A DNA stretch of 64,000 bases from Mycobacterium sp. GTDB lineage: Bacteria > Actinomycetota > Actinomycetes > Mycobacteriales > Mycobacteriaceae. The number at the start of each line of letters is the position of its first letter. Positions within the stretch are counted from its first letter, which is position 1. Made by a program: the position numbers and the translations under genes. The notes beneath the pieces were generated by a model. That model searched no databases and was not told the origin of the DNA. It saw only the letters and a program-made list of their open reading frames with translations. Below, one piece after another: positions 1-10,639 of this stretch. The stretch is from assembly GCA_964203005.1 (NCBI GenBank), contig CAXNKV010000001.1:102712-166711 (forward strand). The letters run 5' to 3'.

Positions 1-1429
1 GGAACGATGCGGGAACCACCTGCGGTCGTGGGTCCGCGGCTAGGGCCAGCACCTCGTCGAAACCCTGCCTCAGGCATTGCGCAAAAAGCTCCGGGTGAGC
101 GATTGAAGCGCGGTCGTAGCGCGCGGTGATGGTCGCAAAGCCACCTCGCGAGATCAGCACCGCCATCATCGCGACACCGGGCAGCGGGCCGATTCCGTAC
201 TGCCGCAACACTTTCGCACCAGCAATATAGGTGTCACCGGGATAGTTGGGAACGTTACTGGCCTGGACGTCTGAGGCGACCAGGGAGCCGCTCACCGCCT
301 CGAGCGCAGCGTCTGGCAGCAGCGCGAGCAGTGGCGCGACGGCGCCGATCATGTCGATCGCCGCTTCTTCGCGGCGCTGGATCATCTGCTTGCGAATCTT
401 CTGGATACGAACCGCCGGGTCGGCCACACCGATCGGGGCGGCCAGATTCACCCCGGCGAAGCGATTACCGCCGGCGGGATCAGCCTCCGCGCGCAGGTTG
501 ACCGGCACCGCCATCGGGAGTGAGTTGATCGGGACACCGAGTGCCTCGTGATAGAGCCTCAGCGCACCACACAACCCGGCCAGGTAGGCGTCATTAATGG
601 AGCCCTCCGCGGCCTTCGCGGCCCGGTGTAGGTCGCGCAGCGTCATCTCAATGGCCTCGGTGCGAGTGGACAGGCTGCGGCGGCGCAACAGCGGCGATGG
701 CTCGGCGGCCCGGCGCACCATCCGGCGCCCGGAGCGTGCGTAGTCGATCGCACCGATCAATGCCGAACCCGGACTGCGGGCCATTCGCCCGACGAGGCCA
801 AGTCCGCCGGAGACGGTCTCGACGAATCCACCGACGAGCACTCCCGGGAGGGAGTTGAGGCCTTCGCGCATCAGGTCGTTGGGGCTGATGTCCTGGGGTA
901 CCGGCATCGGCGGCGGGGGTTTGGTCGGCGGATCGCGCTCGAGGTCGTAGATCTCGGCGAACATGGTGGCCGCACCGACGCCATCGGTGACGGCATGGCT
1001 CAGATGCAGCAGGGTGGCCGCCCTACCGCCCTTGAGGCCCTCGACGAGGGTGGCCGTCCACAGCGGCCGGGAGATGTCCAGCGGCGACTGCAGCATCACC
1101 TCGGCAAGGTCGAGAACCTCGCGAAGTGTGCCCGGCTCGGGCACCCGCACCCGACGAACATGAAAGTCGAGGTTGAAATCGGGATCGATAACCCAGCGGG
1201 CCGGACCCGTCGGCAGCGTCGGCATAACGACTTTCTGGCGCAGTCGCGGCACCTTGCGGGAGGCGTTGTCGAATCGCGTGCGAAGTCGCTCCCAATCCGG
1301 GGTCGACTCGAGGATTTCAAGTGCCATGATGCCGGATCGCGTCCTCGGGTTCGCTTCGCCGCGATGCATCAGCAGATCGAAGGCGCCGAGTTGCGATGAC
1401 GGGCCGGTGGCGTCCGCAGGCCCGCTCAT
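1..1429 (-). CDS. Wax-ester synthase/diacylglycerol acyltransferase (WS/DGAT, Tgs-like); the C-terminal end runs off the window
   Basis: My own minus-strand translation from ATG 1429-1427 (GAGGAGG 5 nt upstream) gives MSGPADATGPSSQLGAFDLLMHRGEANPRTRSG...LHLSHAVTDGVGA...ASNVPNYPG. LSHAVTDG is an HHxxxDG-type acyltransferase motif with the first His replaced by Ser. The ORF is missing from the track because it has no stop inside the window. It sits next to lipQ, as Rv2484c does in M. tuberculosis. Confidence 0.8.
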   Translation of the reverse strand, partial: MSGPADATGPSSQLGAFDLLMHRGEANPRTRSGIMALEILESTPDWERLRTRFDNASRKVPRLRQKVVMPTLPTGPARWVIDPDFNLDFHVRRVRVPEPGTLREVLDLAEVMLQSPLDISRPLWTATLVEGLKGGRAATLLHLSHAVTDGVGAATMFAEIYDLERDPPTKPPPPMPVPQDISPNDLMREGLNSLPGVLVGGFVETVSGGLGLVGRMARSPGSALIGAIDYARSGRRMVRRAAEPSPLLRRRSLSTRTEAIEMTLRDLHRAAKAAEGSINDAYLAGLCGALRLYHEALGVPINSLPMAVPVNLRAEADPAGGNRFAGVNLAAPIGVADPAVRIQKIRKQMIQRREEAAIDMIGAVAPLLALLPDAALEAVSGSLVASDVQASNVPNYPGDTYIAGAKVLRQYGIGPLPGVAMMAVLISRGGFATITARYDRASIAHPELFAQCLRQGFDEVLALAADPRPQVVPASF

Positions 1430-1537
1430 CGACGCCTCCTCATCGGTCCGGACCCCCTGTGGTTCGACGTAATCGTCGTTTCACCAGGCTAGTCCGACTG
1501 AAGCGCCTGCGGAGTCGAATATCCGACCCGTTGCGGC

Positions 1538-2740
1538 TCACCCCGCCGTTCGGGCCGCCCTCCGGCGCCTGCCGCGCGCCGCGATATGACGCCCGTAGAC
1601 GATGCCAAGGAAACTGGCGACCGCCTCCGCTGTCACCTGACACCGCAGGGTGCCGATGGCGTCGAAGGCGTGGTGAGCGTTGGGGATCTCGGCATAGGAC
1701 ACCGTGCGGGCACCCGCGTCGCGCAGCGCTCCGGTGAAAGCCCGAGCCTGTGAATTCGGCACCACGTCATCGTTCTCGCCGTGCAGGACGAAAAACGGGG
1801 GCGCATTGCGGTGTACCCGGGAAATCGGTGAGGCGTCGGTGAACAACTGCCGGTTTTCGTCGAATCGGGCCTGCATCACCAGGTGTTCCAGGAGCGGCAA
1901 CATCAACTCGTGCATGGATTCGAACTCGGTCAAGTCGTAGACCCCGTAGTAGGGCACGGCCGCCTGCACGCTGGTGTCGGCGTCTTCAAAACCCGGCTGC
2001 AGGCGGTCATCGCCGGACGTCAGAGCGGCAAGTGAGGTCAGGTGGCCGCCGGCGGAGCCTCCGGTGATGGCGATGAAGTCCGGGTCGCCGCCGTAGTCGG
2101 CGATGTTGGCGCGAACCCAGGCGATCGCCCTCTTGACATCGGTGATGTGGGCCGGCCACGCCGAACGCGGGCTGCGGCTGTAATTGATCGGCACGCAGAT
2201 CCAGCCGAGTTCGACCATCCGGCTCATCAGCGGATAGGCCTGCCCGCGTTTGTCGTTGATCGACCAGCCTCCACCCGGTACCTGAATCAGCACCGGCGCT
2301 CGCTGGCCCTCGGCCAGATCCGGGCGACGCCAGATGTCAAGCTGGTGTCGACTGCCAGGACCGTAGGCGATATCAGAGGTCGACGCCGAGTACCGCCGTC
2401 GATCCCGCATGGCGGCCACCAAACCGGACAGGCTCGGCCGGCGCGCGACATAGGGCTCCAGCGGATGGCGAACGCTGTCCTCGAAGCCGCCACCGAACGT
2501 CTCTGACAAGGCCGCCTCAAGCACCGAATCGGCGCGCTGCACGGCGAGCCCGCGCGCCATCCGCTCCAGTGGGGAGGGCACCGCCGACAGCGCATGCCCG
2601 GTCAGAACATGCGGGCCGAACTCGGCGGAAAGCCAACCCAACAGCCAGCCGGCGGCCGCCGGCGAACCGCGCAGAACCAGGGATCCGGTCCGATAGCTCC
2701 GGGCGCATCGCTCGGTGACCTCACTGAACACGCTGCCCAT
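1538..2740 (-). CDS. lipQ: Carboxylesterase/lipase, alpha/beta hydrolase (LipQ-like)
   Basis: ORF 1538-2845 trimmed to ATG 2740 (GAGGGAG about 9 nt upstream; MGSVFSEVTERC...). It has an oxyanion-type VPGGGW motif and a GGSAGG (GxSxG) nucleophile elbow. Synteny is tgs-lipQ-echA. Confidence 0.8.
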   Translation of the reverse strand: MGSVFSEVTERCARSYRTGSLVLRGSPAAAGWLLGWLSAEFGPHVLTGHALSAVPSPLERMARGLAVQRADSVLEAALSETFGGGFEDSVRHPLEPYVARRPSLSGLVAAMRDRRRYSASTSDIAYGPGSRHQLDIWRRPDLAEGQRAPVLIQVPGGGWSINDKRGQAYPLMSRMVELGWICVPINYSRSPRSAWPAHITDVKRAIAWVRANIADYGGDPDFIAITGGSAGGHLTSLAALTSGDDRLQPGFEDADTSVQAAVPYYGVYDLTEFESMHELMLPLLEHLVMQARFDENRQLFTDASPISRVHRNAPPFFVLHGENDDVVPNSQARAFTGALRDAGARTVSYAEIPNAHHAFDAIGTLRCQVTAEAVASFLGIVYGRHIAARGRRRRAARTAG

Positions 2741-2767
2741 GGCGGCCGGCTCCCTCGACGTCGTTGC

Positions 2768-2844
2768 CTGGTCGTGCCCACCCACGACGGCTTGTCTGGT
2801 CGTCCCCACCCACGACGGGTTGTCTGGTACTGCCCACGACGGCA
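2768..2844. repeat. 28-bp tandem repeat, about 2.7 copies; each copy contains a GTCGTG-N6-CACGAC hairpin
   Basis: Read directly. Copy 1 is CTGGTCGTGCCCACCCACGACGGCTTGT (2768-2795). Copy 2 is CTGGTCGTCCCCACCCACGACGGGTTGT (2796-2823). A degenerate third copy runs 2824-2844. The array lies immediately upstream of the lipQ start. Confidence 0.85.
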
Positions 2845-3011
2845 CCCACCCGGCGCGTTTTCACATTAGCGATCAACTCAGGGTGCTCACAGCATTTACC
2901 GGACATCAGTTCATCGGCTCAGTCGTCCCCGCAGGCCAGTAGGGTGAAATTCTTGGTCGCGACACGGCGCGCCCGCCCTGAACACCCAAAAGCCGCTGCC
3001 CGGACGCGGGA

Positions 3012-3017
3012 TAGAAT
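3012..3017 (+). promoter_or_regulatory. Candidate -10 hexamer TAGAAT for tRNA-Arg
   Basis: A TANNNT hexamer lies 12 nt upstream of the mature tRNA 5' end. No convincing -35 element was seen. Confidence 0.3.
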
Positions 3018-3028
3018 CCTCTCCGCAT

Positions 3029-3102
3029 GCCTCCGTAGCTCAGTCGGATAGAGCAAGGGCCTTCTAATCCCTAGGTCGCAGGTTCGATTCCTGCCGGGGG
3101 CG
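3029..3102 (+). tRNA. tRNA-Arg (anticodon TCT)
   Basis: Manual cloverleaf. Acceptor GCCTCCG/CGGGGGC, D arm GCTC..GAGC, anticodon stem AGGGC/TCCCT with loop CTTCTAA, T arm GCAGG-TTCGATT-CCTGC. Confidence 0.93.
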
Positions 3103-3160
3103 CTTACCCCCAATTCCCGTACCCGGAGCTCACCGTCCGCTGCTGTTAACGTGACTTGCC

Positions 3161-3916
3161 ATGGCAGAACTGGTGCTCTACGACGTCACCGACCGCGTTG
3201 CTCTGATCACGGTGAACGACCCCGAACGCCGAAATGCGGTGACCGAGGCGATGTCACAGCAGTTACGTGACGCCGTGCAACGAGCCGAGTCTGACCCGGG
3301 TGTGCACGCCGTGGTGGTGACCGGTGCCGGCAAGGCGTTCTGCGCGGGCGCGGACCTGTCCGCGTTGGGCGCGGCGGCGCGGGAAGGCCTCGAGCGTATT
3401 TATGCCGGTTTTATGGCGGTCGGTCGCTGCTCGCTTCCCACCATCGCCGCGGTCAATGGCGCGGCCGTCGGCGCCGGAATGAACCTTGCGCTGGCCGCGG
3501 ACATTCGCATCATCGGGCCGCAGGCGGTCATCGACCCCCGTTTCCAGAAACTGGGAATTCATCCCGGCGGCGGCGCCACCTGGATGCTGCAGCGCGCCGT
3601 CGGGCCCCAGGTGGCCCGAGCCGCGCTGCTTTTCGGAATGCGATTCGACGCTGAGGCAGCCGTGCGCCATGGTCTGGCACTACAGGTGGCCGACGACCCG
3701 GTGTCGGCCGCTCTGGAACTGGCGGCCGGACCGGCCGGGGCACCCCGCGAGGTGGTGCTCGCCACCAAGGCCTCGATGCGGGCCACCGCGATACCGGGTT
3801 TCCTCGACAACGAACACCACGAAGCCGCCAAGAACATCGAATTGGGACCGCAGGCAACATCAATTGAGTCACCGGAGTTCAAGGCGCGACTCGCGGCCGC
3901 GCAGCAGCGCCGTTAG
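3161..3916 (+). CDS. Enoyl-CoA hydratase/isomerase (crotonase family)
   Basis: 251-aa ORF with a typical crotonase N-terminus ([30 protein letters not shown]). Its position matches echA14 (Rv2486). Confidence 0.88.
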   Translation: MAELVLYDVTDRVALITVNDPERRNAVTEAMSQQLRDAVQRAESDPGVHAVVVTGAGKAFCAGADLSALGAAAREGLERIYAGFMAVGRCSLPTIAAVNGAAVGAGMNLALAADIRIIGPQAVIDPRFQKLGIHPGGGATWMLQRAVGPQVARAALLFGMRFDAEAAVRHGLALQVADDPVSAALELAAGPAGAPREVVLATKASMRATAIPGFLDNEHHEAAKNIELGPQATSIESPEFKARLAAAQQRR

Positions 3917-5163
3917 GCCGCGAACGGTTCCTGAGGGGTGCCTGGCATCGGCGGGGCCGTTGAACGATGACGGGCACCGGTCGGAGTTGTGAATTCGGCT
4001 GTGTGAGTGCCGTTCTCGGCATTCGTCGACGTAACGGTCCAGCCGTCCGATTCTTTGAGGTAGTTACAGTGCTCACACAGGCCAAGGCCGTTCACCGCGC
4101 TTGTTGTACCGCCCGCGCGGTGGGGCTTGGCGTGATCTCTGTGACGAATCGGTGCGTCGCAGTAGGGCGTGCGGCATCGTTGATCGCGCAAACCGACGAA
4201 TTCGGCCAAACCCTTGGGAAACACTCGGGCTCTCGACTCCAGTGCCACCAGAGCACCGGTGGCGGGCGTGGCGTAGAGGCGGCGCAGCGTGGCCTGGGAC
4301 TGCTGATCCGCGACAGCTTCGGCGATGAGCTTTCTGGCTAGCGCTGAGGGCACCGGGCCGTAACCGGCAATGACGGCTGCGGGATTTCCCACACCTACTA
4401 GAGCCTGATCAGAGATGACCACGTTGACCGCGACCGGCACCGGTTGCTCGGCCGGGCGCCCAGTCACGCGTTCGACAAGCGTGTCGGCCATGACCTGCCC
4501 CCGCGCCCGACCATCGCAACAGACGTCGGCCTCCCGTTTGAGCGCGGCGTAGATGGATACCCCCTGCGCTACCGGTAGCAGTGCGGTCACATAGGTCATG
4601 GTGTCCGGCGCCGGCCGAATGGTGACAGTGCGGTCTTCCTGCGCCCGGGCGGCCCGATCCACCACGGAATGCGGATCCAGTCGATAGGCGATGGCCCTGG
4701 CGGCGGCGGCAAGCGCGGCGTCACCCATTCCGTCGAGTCGGGTCACATCCGAGCACAACTCCGCGTCGAGGCGGCGTCGATCCTCGACATCGAGACAGGC
4801 TGATTCGCGGACCGCGATGGTGGCGCGCCATTCCGACAGCACGCCCGTCTCGAGAGCCGCCAGCGTGTGCGGCATCTCGTTGACCAGCGCCCTGGCAAAC
4901 CCGAGGTGGCGGCCGCCTCGCGCCGGCGAGTCCCGCCGGGCCAGCGCCACCTCCGCGGCGACACCGCGGCCCCGCCGGGCCGCCGGCAGGCCGGCCGCGG
5001 CTTCGTCCGCACGCCGAGCGGTGTCCAGTGCGACGGCCAACCGGGCCTGCCGAGCAGCCGCAGCGGCCTTGAATCGCTCAAGCGTGGCGATGCCCTCGAC
5101 GAGGGCCGATTCATCCCACGAGTCGGCTGCCTCGGTGGGATCAGATAACAGTGATTCGAACAT
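3913..5163 (-). CDS. DUF222/HNH endonuclease (REP13E12-family-like)
   Basis: 416-aa ORF. The C-terminal HNH region reads [42 protein letters not shown], and the N-terminal Ala/Arg-rich region resembles DUF222. It converges on echA with a 4-nt overlap. Confidence 0.82.
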   Translation of the reverse strand: MFESLLSDPTEAADSWDESALVEGIATLERFKAAAAARQARLAVALDTARRADEAAAGLPAARRGRGVAAEVALARRDSPARGGRHLGFARALVNEMPHTLAALETGVLSEWRATIAVRESACLDVEDRRRLDAELCSDVTRLDGMGDAALAAAARAIAYRLDPHSVVDRAARAQEDRTVTIRPAPDTMTYVTALLPVAQGVSIYAALKREADVCCDGRARGQVMADTLVERVTGRPAEQPVPVAVNVVISDQALVGVGNPAAVIAGYGPVPSALARKLIAEAVADQQSQATLRRLYATPATGALVALESRARVFPKGLAEFVGLRDQRCRTPYCDAPIRHRDHAKPHRAGGTTSAVNGLGLCEHCNYLKESDGWTVTSTNAENGTHTAEFTTPTGARHRSTAPPMPGTPQEPFAA

Positions 5164-5204
5164 AGGTTCGATAGTAGAGGGACCCCCCGACAGAAATGCG
5201 CCGG

Positions 5205-6368
5205 CTAATCTAGGCCGATCTCCCGCGCGATGAGCATCAACTGGACCTCGGTGGTGCCTTCGCCGATTTCGAGGATCTTGCTGTCCCGGTAGTGCCGCGC
5301 GACGGGATAGTCATTCATGAAGCCGTAGCCGCCGTGGATCTGGGTACCGTCGCGTGCGTTGTCCATGGCGGCTTCGCTGGCGAGGAGTTTGGCGATCGCG
5401 GCCTGCTTCTTAAACGGCTTGCCGGCGAGCATCAACGCGGCAGCGTCGTAATAGGCGGTGCGAGCGGCGTACGCCCGGGCCTCCATCCGAGCGATTTTGA
5501 ACTCGATCGCCTGGAACCGCCCGATCGGCTGACCGAACGCAGAGCGATCTCGCGCGTACTTCACGCACTCATCGACGCATCCCTGCGCCGCCCCGGTCGC
5601 CAGTGCGGCGATCGCGATTCGTCCCTCATCGAGGATCTGCAGGAAGTTCGCGTAGCCCCGGCCCCGTTCACCGAGCAGGTTCTGCTCGGGAACCCGGACG
5701 TCGGTGAACGACAGTGGATGAGTGTCGGATGCGTTCCAGCCAACCTTGTTGTAGGCCGGTTCGACGGTAAAACCCGGCGTCGGAACTTCAATCACGATCG
5801 CCGAGATCTCCCGGCGGCCGTCGTCGCTTCCGGTGACCGCGGTGACGGTAACCAGCTTGGTGATATCGGTTCCAGAGTTAGTGATGAACTGCTTGGAGCC
5901 ATTGATCACCCAGTGACCGTCATCGAGACGAGCGGTGGTCTTGGTGGCCCCGGCGTCGGTGCCGCCACCGGCCTCGGTGAGTCCGAAGGCGCCCAACGCG
6001 GATCCGCTGGTGAGCGCTGGCAACCACTGCTGCTTCTGAGCCTCGGTGCCGAACCGATAGATCGGCATTGCCCCGAGGGATACTCCACCCTCCAGCGTGA
6101 TGGCCACACTCTGGTCGACCTTCCCGAGTTCCTCCAGCGCAAGACACAGGGCGAAATAGTCGCCTCCCATGCCGCCGTACTCCTCCGGGAACGGTAATCC
6201 GAACAGACCCATCTCGGCCATCCCGGCGACGACCTCGTACGGGAATGAGTGCTCGGCATCGTGCTTGGCCGACACCGGCGCAACGACCTCGCGGGCAAAG
6301 TCGCGAACCGTCTTCGCCAGCTGTTGGTACTCGTCGGGAAGGTTTGCGGTCGAAAGGAATTCGGTCAT
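5205..6368 (-). CDS. fadE19: Acyl-CoA dehydrogenase (isovaleryl-CoA dehydrogenase-like)
   Basis: 387-aa ORF with an acyl-CoA dehydrogenase-family sequence throughout. Its start forms an ATGA overlap with the accA1 stop. Operon order is as in Rv2500c-Rv2502c. Confidence 0.9.
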   Translation of the reverse strand: MTEFLSTANLPDEYQQLAKTVRDFAREVVAPVSAKHDAEHSFPYEVVAGMAEMGLFGLPFPEEYGGMGGDYFALCLALEELGKVDQSVAITLEGGVSLGAMPIYRFGTEAQKQQWLPALTSGSALGAFGLTEAGGGTDAGATKTTARLDDGHWVINGSKQFITNSGTDITKLVTVTAVTGSDDGRREISAIVIEVPTPGFTVEPAYNKVGWNASDTHPLSFTDVRVPEQNLLGERGRGYANFLQILDEGRIAIAALATGAAQGCVDECVKYARDRSAFGQPIGRFQAIEFKIARMEARAYAARTAYYDAAALMLAGKPFKKQAAIAKLLASEAAMDNARDGTQIHGGYGFMNDYPVARHYRDSKILEIGEGTTEVQLMLIAREIGLD

Positions 6369-8353
6369 GACTCACTCTCCGTTGTAGCGATGATTCGTGC
6401 TAGGGGCTGGCCGACTCTGACCTGATCGCCGATGGCGACGAGAAGTTCGACCACACCGGCAACCGGGGAACGCAGCGCATGCTCCATCTTCATTGCCTCG
6501 ACTGCGACGACGACGGCGCCGGCGGCGACGGTGTCGCCGTCGGCGACGCTCACGGCCACCACCGATCCCGGCATCGGGCTGGTGAGTTCGGCATCGCCGC
6601 TGTGGACGTCATCACACCGCACCGGGCCTACTCGCATCTCTTCGACCACCACCACCGTGCCGTCGCCGGCCAGCCAGGTCAGCTCATCAGCCATCGCGAC
6701 GGTGTGGGTGTGCCGGATACCGTCGAGGGTGACCGAGAGCAGCGTCCCGGTCAGGTCCGCGGCGAGGCTGCGGGGGTCTGCATCCCCAACCCGGACGTGC
6801 GCATCCCGGCGATCGCCGGTGATGTCGACGTGTTCGGTCCGCTCCCCGCAGCGCAACCGGATGCTGGTCGGCGCCGCCGCGCCGATCCGCCAGCCCGACG
6901 GCACCTGCCACGGGTCGGTCGATGCAGCCGGCCAGCGCAGTAGCCAGTGGTACGCCGCCGCAGCGATCAGCAATTCATCGCTTGGGTCGGCAGGCCGATA
7001 GTCCAGCCGCTCGAGCAGACCGGTGTCGAGCCGGCCGGCCGCAACGTCATTGTCGGACAATACGAATCGCAGGAAGTCGACATTGGTTCGGACTCCGAGA
7101 ACGGCTGTTTGGGCCAGTGCGCGGTCTAGGCTGCGCAGAGCCGCGCCGCGGTCGGCGCCGTGAGCGATGACCTTTGCCAGCATCGGGTCGTAGTCGCTGC
7201 CGATCGTCATTCCGGCGGCGAGACCGGAATCCACCCGGACGCCCGATCCGCTCGGCTCGAGGACCGCCAGCACCGGCCCCCCAGTGGGCAGAAAGCCGGC
7301 CGCCGGGTCCTCGGCGTACACCCGGGCCTCGATCGCGTGGCCGTGCATCACGATTTCGTCCTGACCGGCCGTCAGCCTCTCCCCCGCAGCGATGCGTACC
7401 TGCCACTGCACTAGGTCCCATCCGGTCACCATCTCGGTGACCGGATGCTCCACCTGAAGCCGGGTGTTCATTTCCATGAAGAAGAACTCCTCGGGCCGGT
7501 CGGCGGAGACGATGAACTCCACCGTGCCGGCTCCGACATAGTCGACGCTGCGGGCGGTATCGCAGGCTGCAGCGCCGATCCGGGCCCGGGTCGCGGCATC
7601 GAGCAACGGCGACGGGGACTCTTCGATGACCTTCTGATGGCGGCGCTGCAAGCTGCATTCGCGCTCGCCGAGATGAAGCACCGTACCGTGGGCGTCGGCG
7701 AGCACCTGAACCTCAATGTGCCTGGGGCGCAAAACGAACCGCTCGAGGAACAGGGTGTCGTCGCCGAATGCCGCACCGGCCTCGCGCCGTGACGCAGCCA
7801 GTGCACCGGCGAGTTCCGCCGGGTCGTCGACACGACGCATCCCCTTACCGCCCCCGCCTGCAGACGGCTTGACCAGAACCGGGAAACCGATTCCGGCCGC
7901 CGCAGCGATCAGGTCGGCATCACCGAGGCCAGGTTCGGCGATGCCGGGGACCACCGGAACCCCGAATGCCGAAACCGTCGCCTTAGCGGCGATCTTGTCT
8001 CCCATGGTCGCGATCGCCTGGGTGGGCGGGCCGATGAACACCACCCCGGCATCCTTCAGAGCGGCAGCGAAAGCGGAGTTCTCCGAGAGGAATCCGTAAC
8101 CCGGGTGCACGGCCTGGGCGCCGGTGCGGACGGCGGCGTCGACGACCGCGTCGATGTCGAGATAGCTCTGCCGGGCCGGCGGCGGGCCGATCCGGACCGC
8201 CACATCGGCTTCGGCGACGTGCCGGGCTCCGGAATCGGCGTCGCTGTAGACGGCCACCGACCGGATACCCATTTCCTTGAGCGTTCGGATGATCCGGACC
8301 GCGATCTCGCCGCGGTTTGCCACCAGAACGGTGTCGAAGAGTGTTGTGTTCAT
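6365..8353 (-). CDS. accA1: Biotin-dependent acyl-CoA carboxylase alpha subunit (biotin carboxylase + BCCP), methylcrotonyl-CoA carboxylase type
   Basis: 662 aa. It has a biotin carboxylase N-terminus ([16 protein letters not shown]), an ATP-grasp core and a C-terminal biotinylation motif EAMKME. Confidence 0.93.
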   Translation of the reverse strand: MNTTLFDTVLVANRGEIAVRIIRTLKEMGIRSVAVYSDADSGARHVAEADVAVRIGPPPARQSYLDIDAVVDAAVRTGAQAVHPGYGFLSENSAFAAALKDAGVVFIGPPTQAIATMGDKIAAKATVSAFGVPVVPGIAEPGLGDADLIAAAAGIGFPVLVKPSAGGGGKGMRRVDDPAELAGALAASRREAGAAFGDDTLFLERFVLRPRHIEVQVLADAHGTVLHLGERECSLQRRHQKVIEESPSPLLDAATRARIGAAACDTARSVDYVGAGTVEFIVSADRPEEFFFMEMNTRLQVEHPVTEMVTGWDLVQWQVRIAAGERLTAGQDEIVMHGHAIEARVYAEDPAAGFLPTGGPVLAVLEPSGSGVRVDSGLAAGMTIGSDYDPMLAKVIAHGADRGAALRSLDRALAQTAVLGVRTNVDFLRFVLSDNDVAAGRLDTGLLERLDYRPADPSDELLIAAAAYHWLLRWPAASTDPWQVPSGWRIGAAAPTSIRLRCGERTEHVDITGDRRDAHVRVGDADPRSLAADLTGTLLSVTLDGIRHTHTVAMADELTWLAGDGTVVVVEEMRVGPVRCDDVHSGDAELTSPMPGSVVAVSVADGDTVAAGAVVVAVEAMKMEHALRSPVAGVVELLVAIGDQVRVGQPLARIIATTESES

Positions 8354-8359
8354 GGTTCC

Positions 8360-9910
8360 CTACATCCGAAAGACGCCGTAGGAGACCGATTCGACGGGAG
8401 CTCCCGCGCATACCGAAAGCGCCAGTCCGAGAATCGTTCTGGTGTCGGCAGGGTCGATCACCCCGTCATCCCACAACCGGGCGGTCGCGTAGTACGGGTT
8501 GCCCTGTTGCTCATACTGCGCGCGAATCGATTCCTTGAAAGCCTCAGCCTCCTCGGGCGTCATTTCCTCGCGGACGGCGGCCAGCACTGCAGCCGCCTGT
8601 TCACCGCCCATCACCGAGATGCGCGCATTGGGCCACATCCACAAAAACCGCGGCGAGTAGGCCCGCCCGCACATCGAATAGTTACCCGCACCGTGGGAAC
8701 CACCGATAACGACGGTGAGCTTGGGCACCCGGGCGCAGGCCACCGCGGTCACCATCTTGGCTCCGTGTTTGGCGATGCCGCCGGCCTCGTAATCGCGGCC
8801 GACCATGAAGCCGGTGATGTTCTGCAGGAACAGCAGTGGGACCATCCGCTTGTCGCACAGTTGGATGAAATGAGCACCCTTGACCGCGGATTCGCCGAAC
8901 AGCACCCCGTTGTTGGCGACGATGCCGACGGGATGGCCGTGGATATGGGCGAAGCCGGTGACCAGGGTGGTTCCGTAGTTGGCTTTGAACTCGTCGAACT
9001 CGCCCCCGTCGACGATGCGGGTGATCACCTCGTGCACGTCATAGGGCACCTTCGCGTCGACCGGTACGACGTCGTAAAGCTCGCGGGGGTCGTCGATGGG
9101 ATCGACGGTGGGCCGGATCTCCCACGGTGCGGCCGCGCGCGGCCCCAGGGTAGCCACGATGCGCCGTACTATCGCCAACGCATCGCGGTCGTCGCGGGCG
9201 AGATGGTCGGTGACGCCGGAGATACGAGAGTGCAGATCACCGCCCCCGAGTTCCTCCGCGGTGACCACCTCGCCGGTGGCGGCCTTCACCAACGGCGGTC
9301 CTCCCAGGAAGATGGTGCCCTGGTTGCGCACGATCACCGCTTCGTCGCTCATCGCGGGAACGTAGGCTCCGCCGGCGGTGCACGAACCAAGCACCGCGGC
9401 GATCTGGGCGATCCCGGCCGCGCTCATGGTGGCCTGGTTGTAGAAGATGCGCCCGAAGTGATCGCGGTCGGGAAAAACCTCGTCTTGCCGCGGCAGAAAT
9501 GCCCCACCGGAGTCCACCAGATAGATGCACGGCAGCCGGTTCTGCGCTGCAATCTCCTGGGCCCGAAGGTGTTTCTTGACCGAGACCGGGTAGTAGGTGC
9601 CGCCTTTGACCGTGGCGTCGTTGGCCACGATCATGCATTCCCGTCCCGATACCCGACCGATTCCAGCAATGATTCCCGCCGCCGGGCAGTCGTCGTCATA
9701 CATACCGTCCGCGGCCAGCGGAGCGATCTCCAGCAGTGGGCTGCCCGGGTCGAGCAGCCCATCGACCCGCTCACGCGGAAGCAGCTTGCCTCGTTCGACG
9801 TGACGCTCCCGGGAGCGTTGCGGGCCTCCGAGAGCCGCGACGGCCAGCTTGCGGCGCAGCTCGGCGACGAGCGCTACATGCGCCTCGCGGTGCGCGGCTG
9901 GCGATGACAT
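8360..9910 (-). CDS. accD1: Acyl-CoA carboxylase beta subunit (carboxyltransferase)
   Basis: 516-aa carboxyltransferase-family sequence, 6 nt upstream of accA1. The 600-aa plus-strand ORF 8105-9907 is its antisense shadow. Confidence 0.93.
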   Translation of the reverse strand: MSSPAAHREAHVALVAELRRKLAVAALGGPQRSRERHVERGKLLPRERVDGLLDPGSPLLEIAPLAADGMYDDDCPAAGIIAGIGRVSGRECMIVANDATVKGGTYYPVSVKKHLRAQEIAAQNRLPCIYLVDSGGAFLPRQDEVFPDRDHFGRIFYNQATMSAAGIAQIAAVLGSCTAGGAYVPAMSDEAVIVRNQGTIFLGGPPLVKAATGEVVTAEELGGGDLHSRISGVTDHLARDDRDALAIVRRIVATLGPRAAAPWEIRPTVDPIDDPRELYDVVPVDAKVPYDVHEVITRIVDGGEFDEFKANYGTTLVTGFAHIHGHPVGIVANNGVLFGESAVKGAHFIQLCDKRMVPLLFLQNITGFMVGRDYEAGGIAKHGAKMVTAVACARVPKLTVVIGGSHGAGNYSMCGRAYSPRFLWMWPNARISVMGGEQAAAVLAAVREEMTPEEAEAFKESIRAQYEQQGNPYYATARLWDDGVIDPADTRTILGLALSVCAGAPVESVSYGVFRM

Positions 9911-9924
9911 CTCTTCACCTTTGG

Positions 9925-9964
9925 TTAATCGTCACTAACTGGATGCTATGTTAGTGGAGATTAA
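9925..9964. promoter_or_regulatory. Candidate TetR operator: imperfect 15-bp inverted repeat with a 10-bp spacer
   Basis: TTAATCGTCACTAAC (9925-9939) pairs with GTTAGTGGAGATTAA (9950-9964) at 13 of 15 positions. The site is AT-rich and lies in the 87-bp divergent accD1/TetR intergenic region. Confidence 0.45.
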
Positions 9965-9997
9965 CTGAAACGTACAGCGGGGTTCCCAGGAGGGTCC

Positions 9998-10594
9998 ATG
10001 ACAGCGCTCACCACCCGGGGCCGGCAGAAGTCCGATCGCCGCTCGCAGCTGCTGACCGCCGCCGAACACCTGATCGCCGAACGCGGATTCTTGGCGGTCC
10101 GGATTGAAGACATCGGCGCCGCCGCCGGCATCACGGGGCCAGCGATCTACCGACACTTCGCCGGCAAGGAGGCGTTGCTGGTCGAACTGCTGGTCGGCAT
10201 CAGTGCCCGACTGTTGGCGGGTGCGCAATCGGTGCTGTCGAAAGAGTCCGACCCGGCACGCGCACTCGATGGGCTGATCGAGTTTCACCTCGACTTCGCG
10301 CTCAGCGAACCCGATCTGATCCGTATCCAGGACCGCGACCTGGCCAACCTCCCGGCAGCCGCGCAACGTCAGGTCCGCCGGGCCCAGCGGCGCTACGTCG
10401 AGACTTGGGTGGGCGCGTTGCGCGAACTCGCGCCCGATCTCGCCGAGGACCAGGCCCGGGTGATGGCGCACGCCGCGTTCGGTCTGCTCAACTCCACCCC
10501 CCACAGCATCAAACCGGCTGCTCGATCCGCGTCGACGGAGGGTTCCCGGGAGGTCCTGCGGTCCATGACACGCGCCGCGTTGCGACGTAACTGA
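9998..10594 (+). CDS. TetR-family transcriptional regulator (Rv2506-like)
   Basis: 198 aa. N-terminal HTH reads LLTAAEHLIAERGFLAVRIEDIGAAAGITGPAIYRHF. GGAGGG lies upstream of the ATG. The gene is divergent from the acc operon. Confidence 0.9.
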   Translation: MTALTTRGRQKSDRRSQLLTAAEHLIAERGFLAVRIEDIGAAAGITGPAIYRHFAGKEALLVELLVGISARLLAGAQSVLSKESDPARALDGLIEFHLDFALSEPDLIRIQDRDLANLPAAAQRQVRRAQRRYVETWVGALRELAPDLAEDQARVMAHAAFGLLNSTPHSIKPAARSASTEGSREVLRSMTRAALRRN

Positions 10595-10639
10595 CACCGG
10601 CGCGCACCGCGCGGGTAATCTGCTCGGCGTGAGGCGGCC

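Noticed and set aside
8105-9907. 600-aa plus-strand ORF. Similar long ORFs occur at 14171-15253(+), 17778-18866(-), 22051-22938(-), 38844-40268(-), 52350-53504(-), 60544-61638(- upstream part) and 62694-63953(-).
   Set aside because: Each lies antisense to, or out of frame with, a gene that has clear family signatures. Their translations are Arg/Gly/Asp/Pro-rich low-complexity sequence, typical of shadow ORFs in high-GC DNA.
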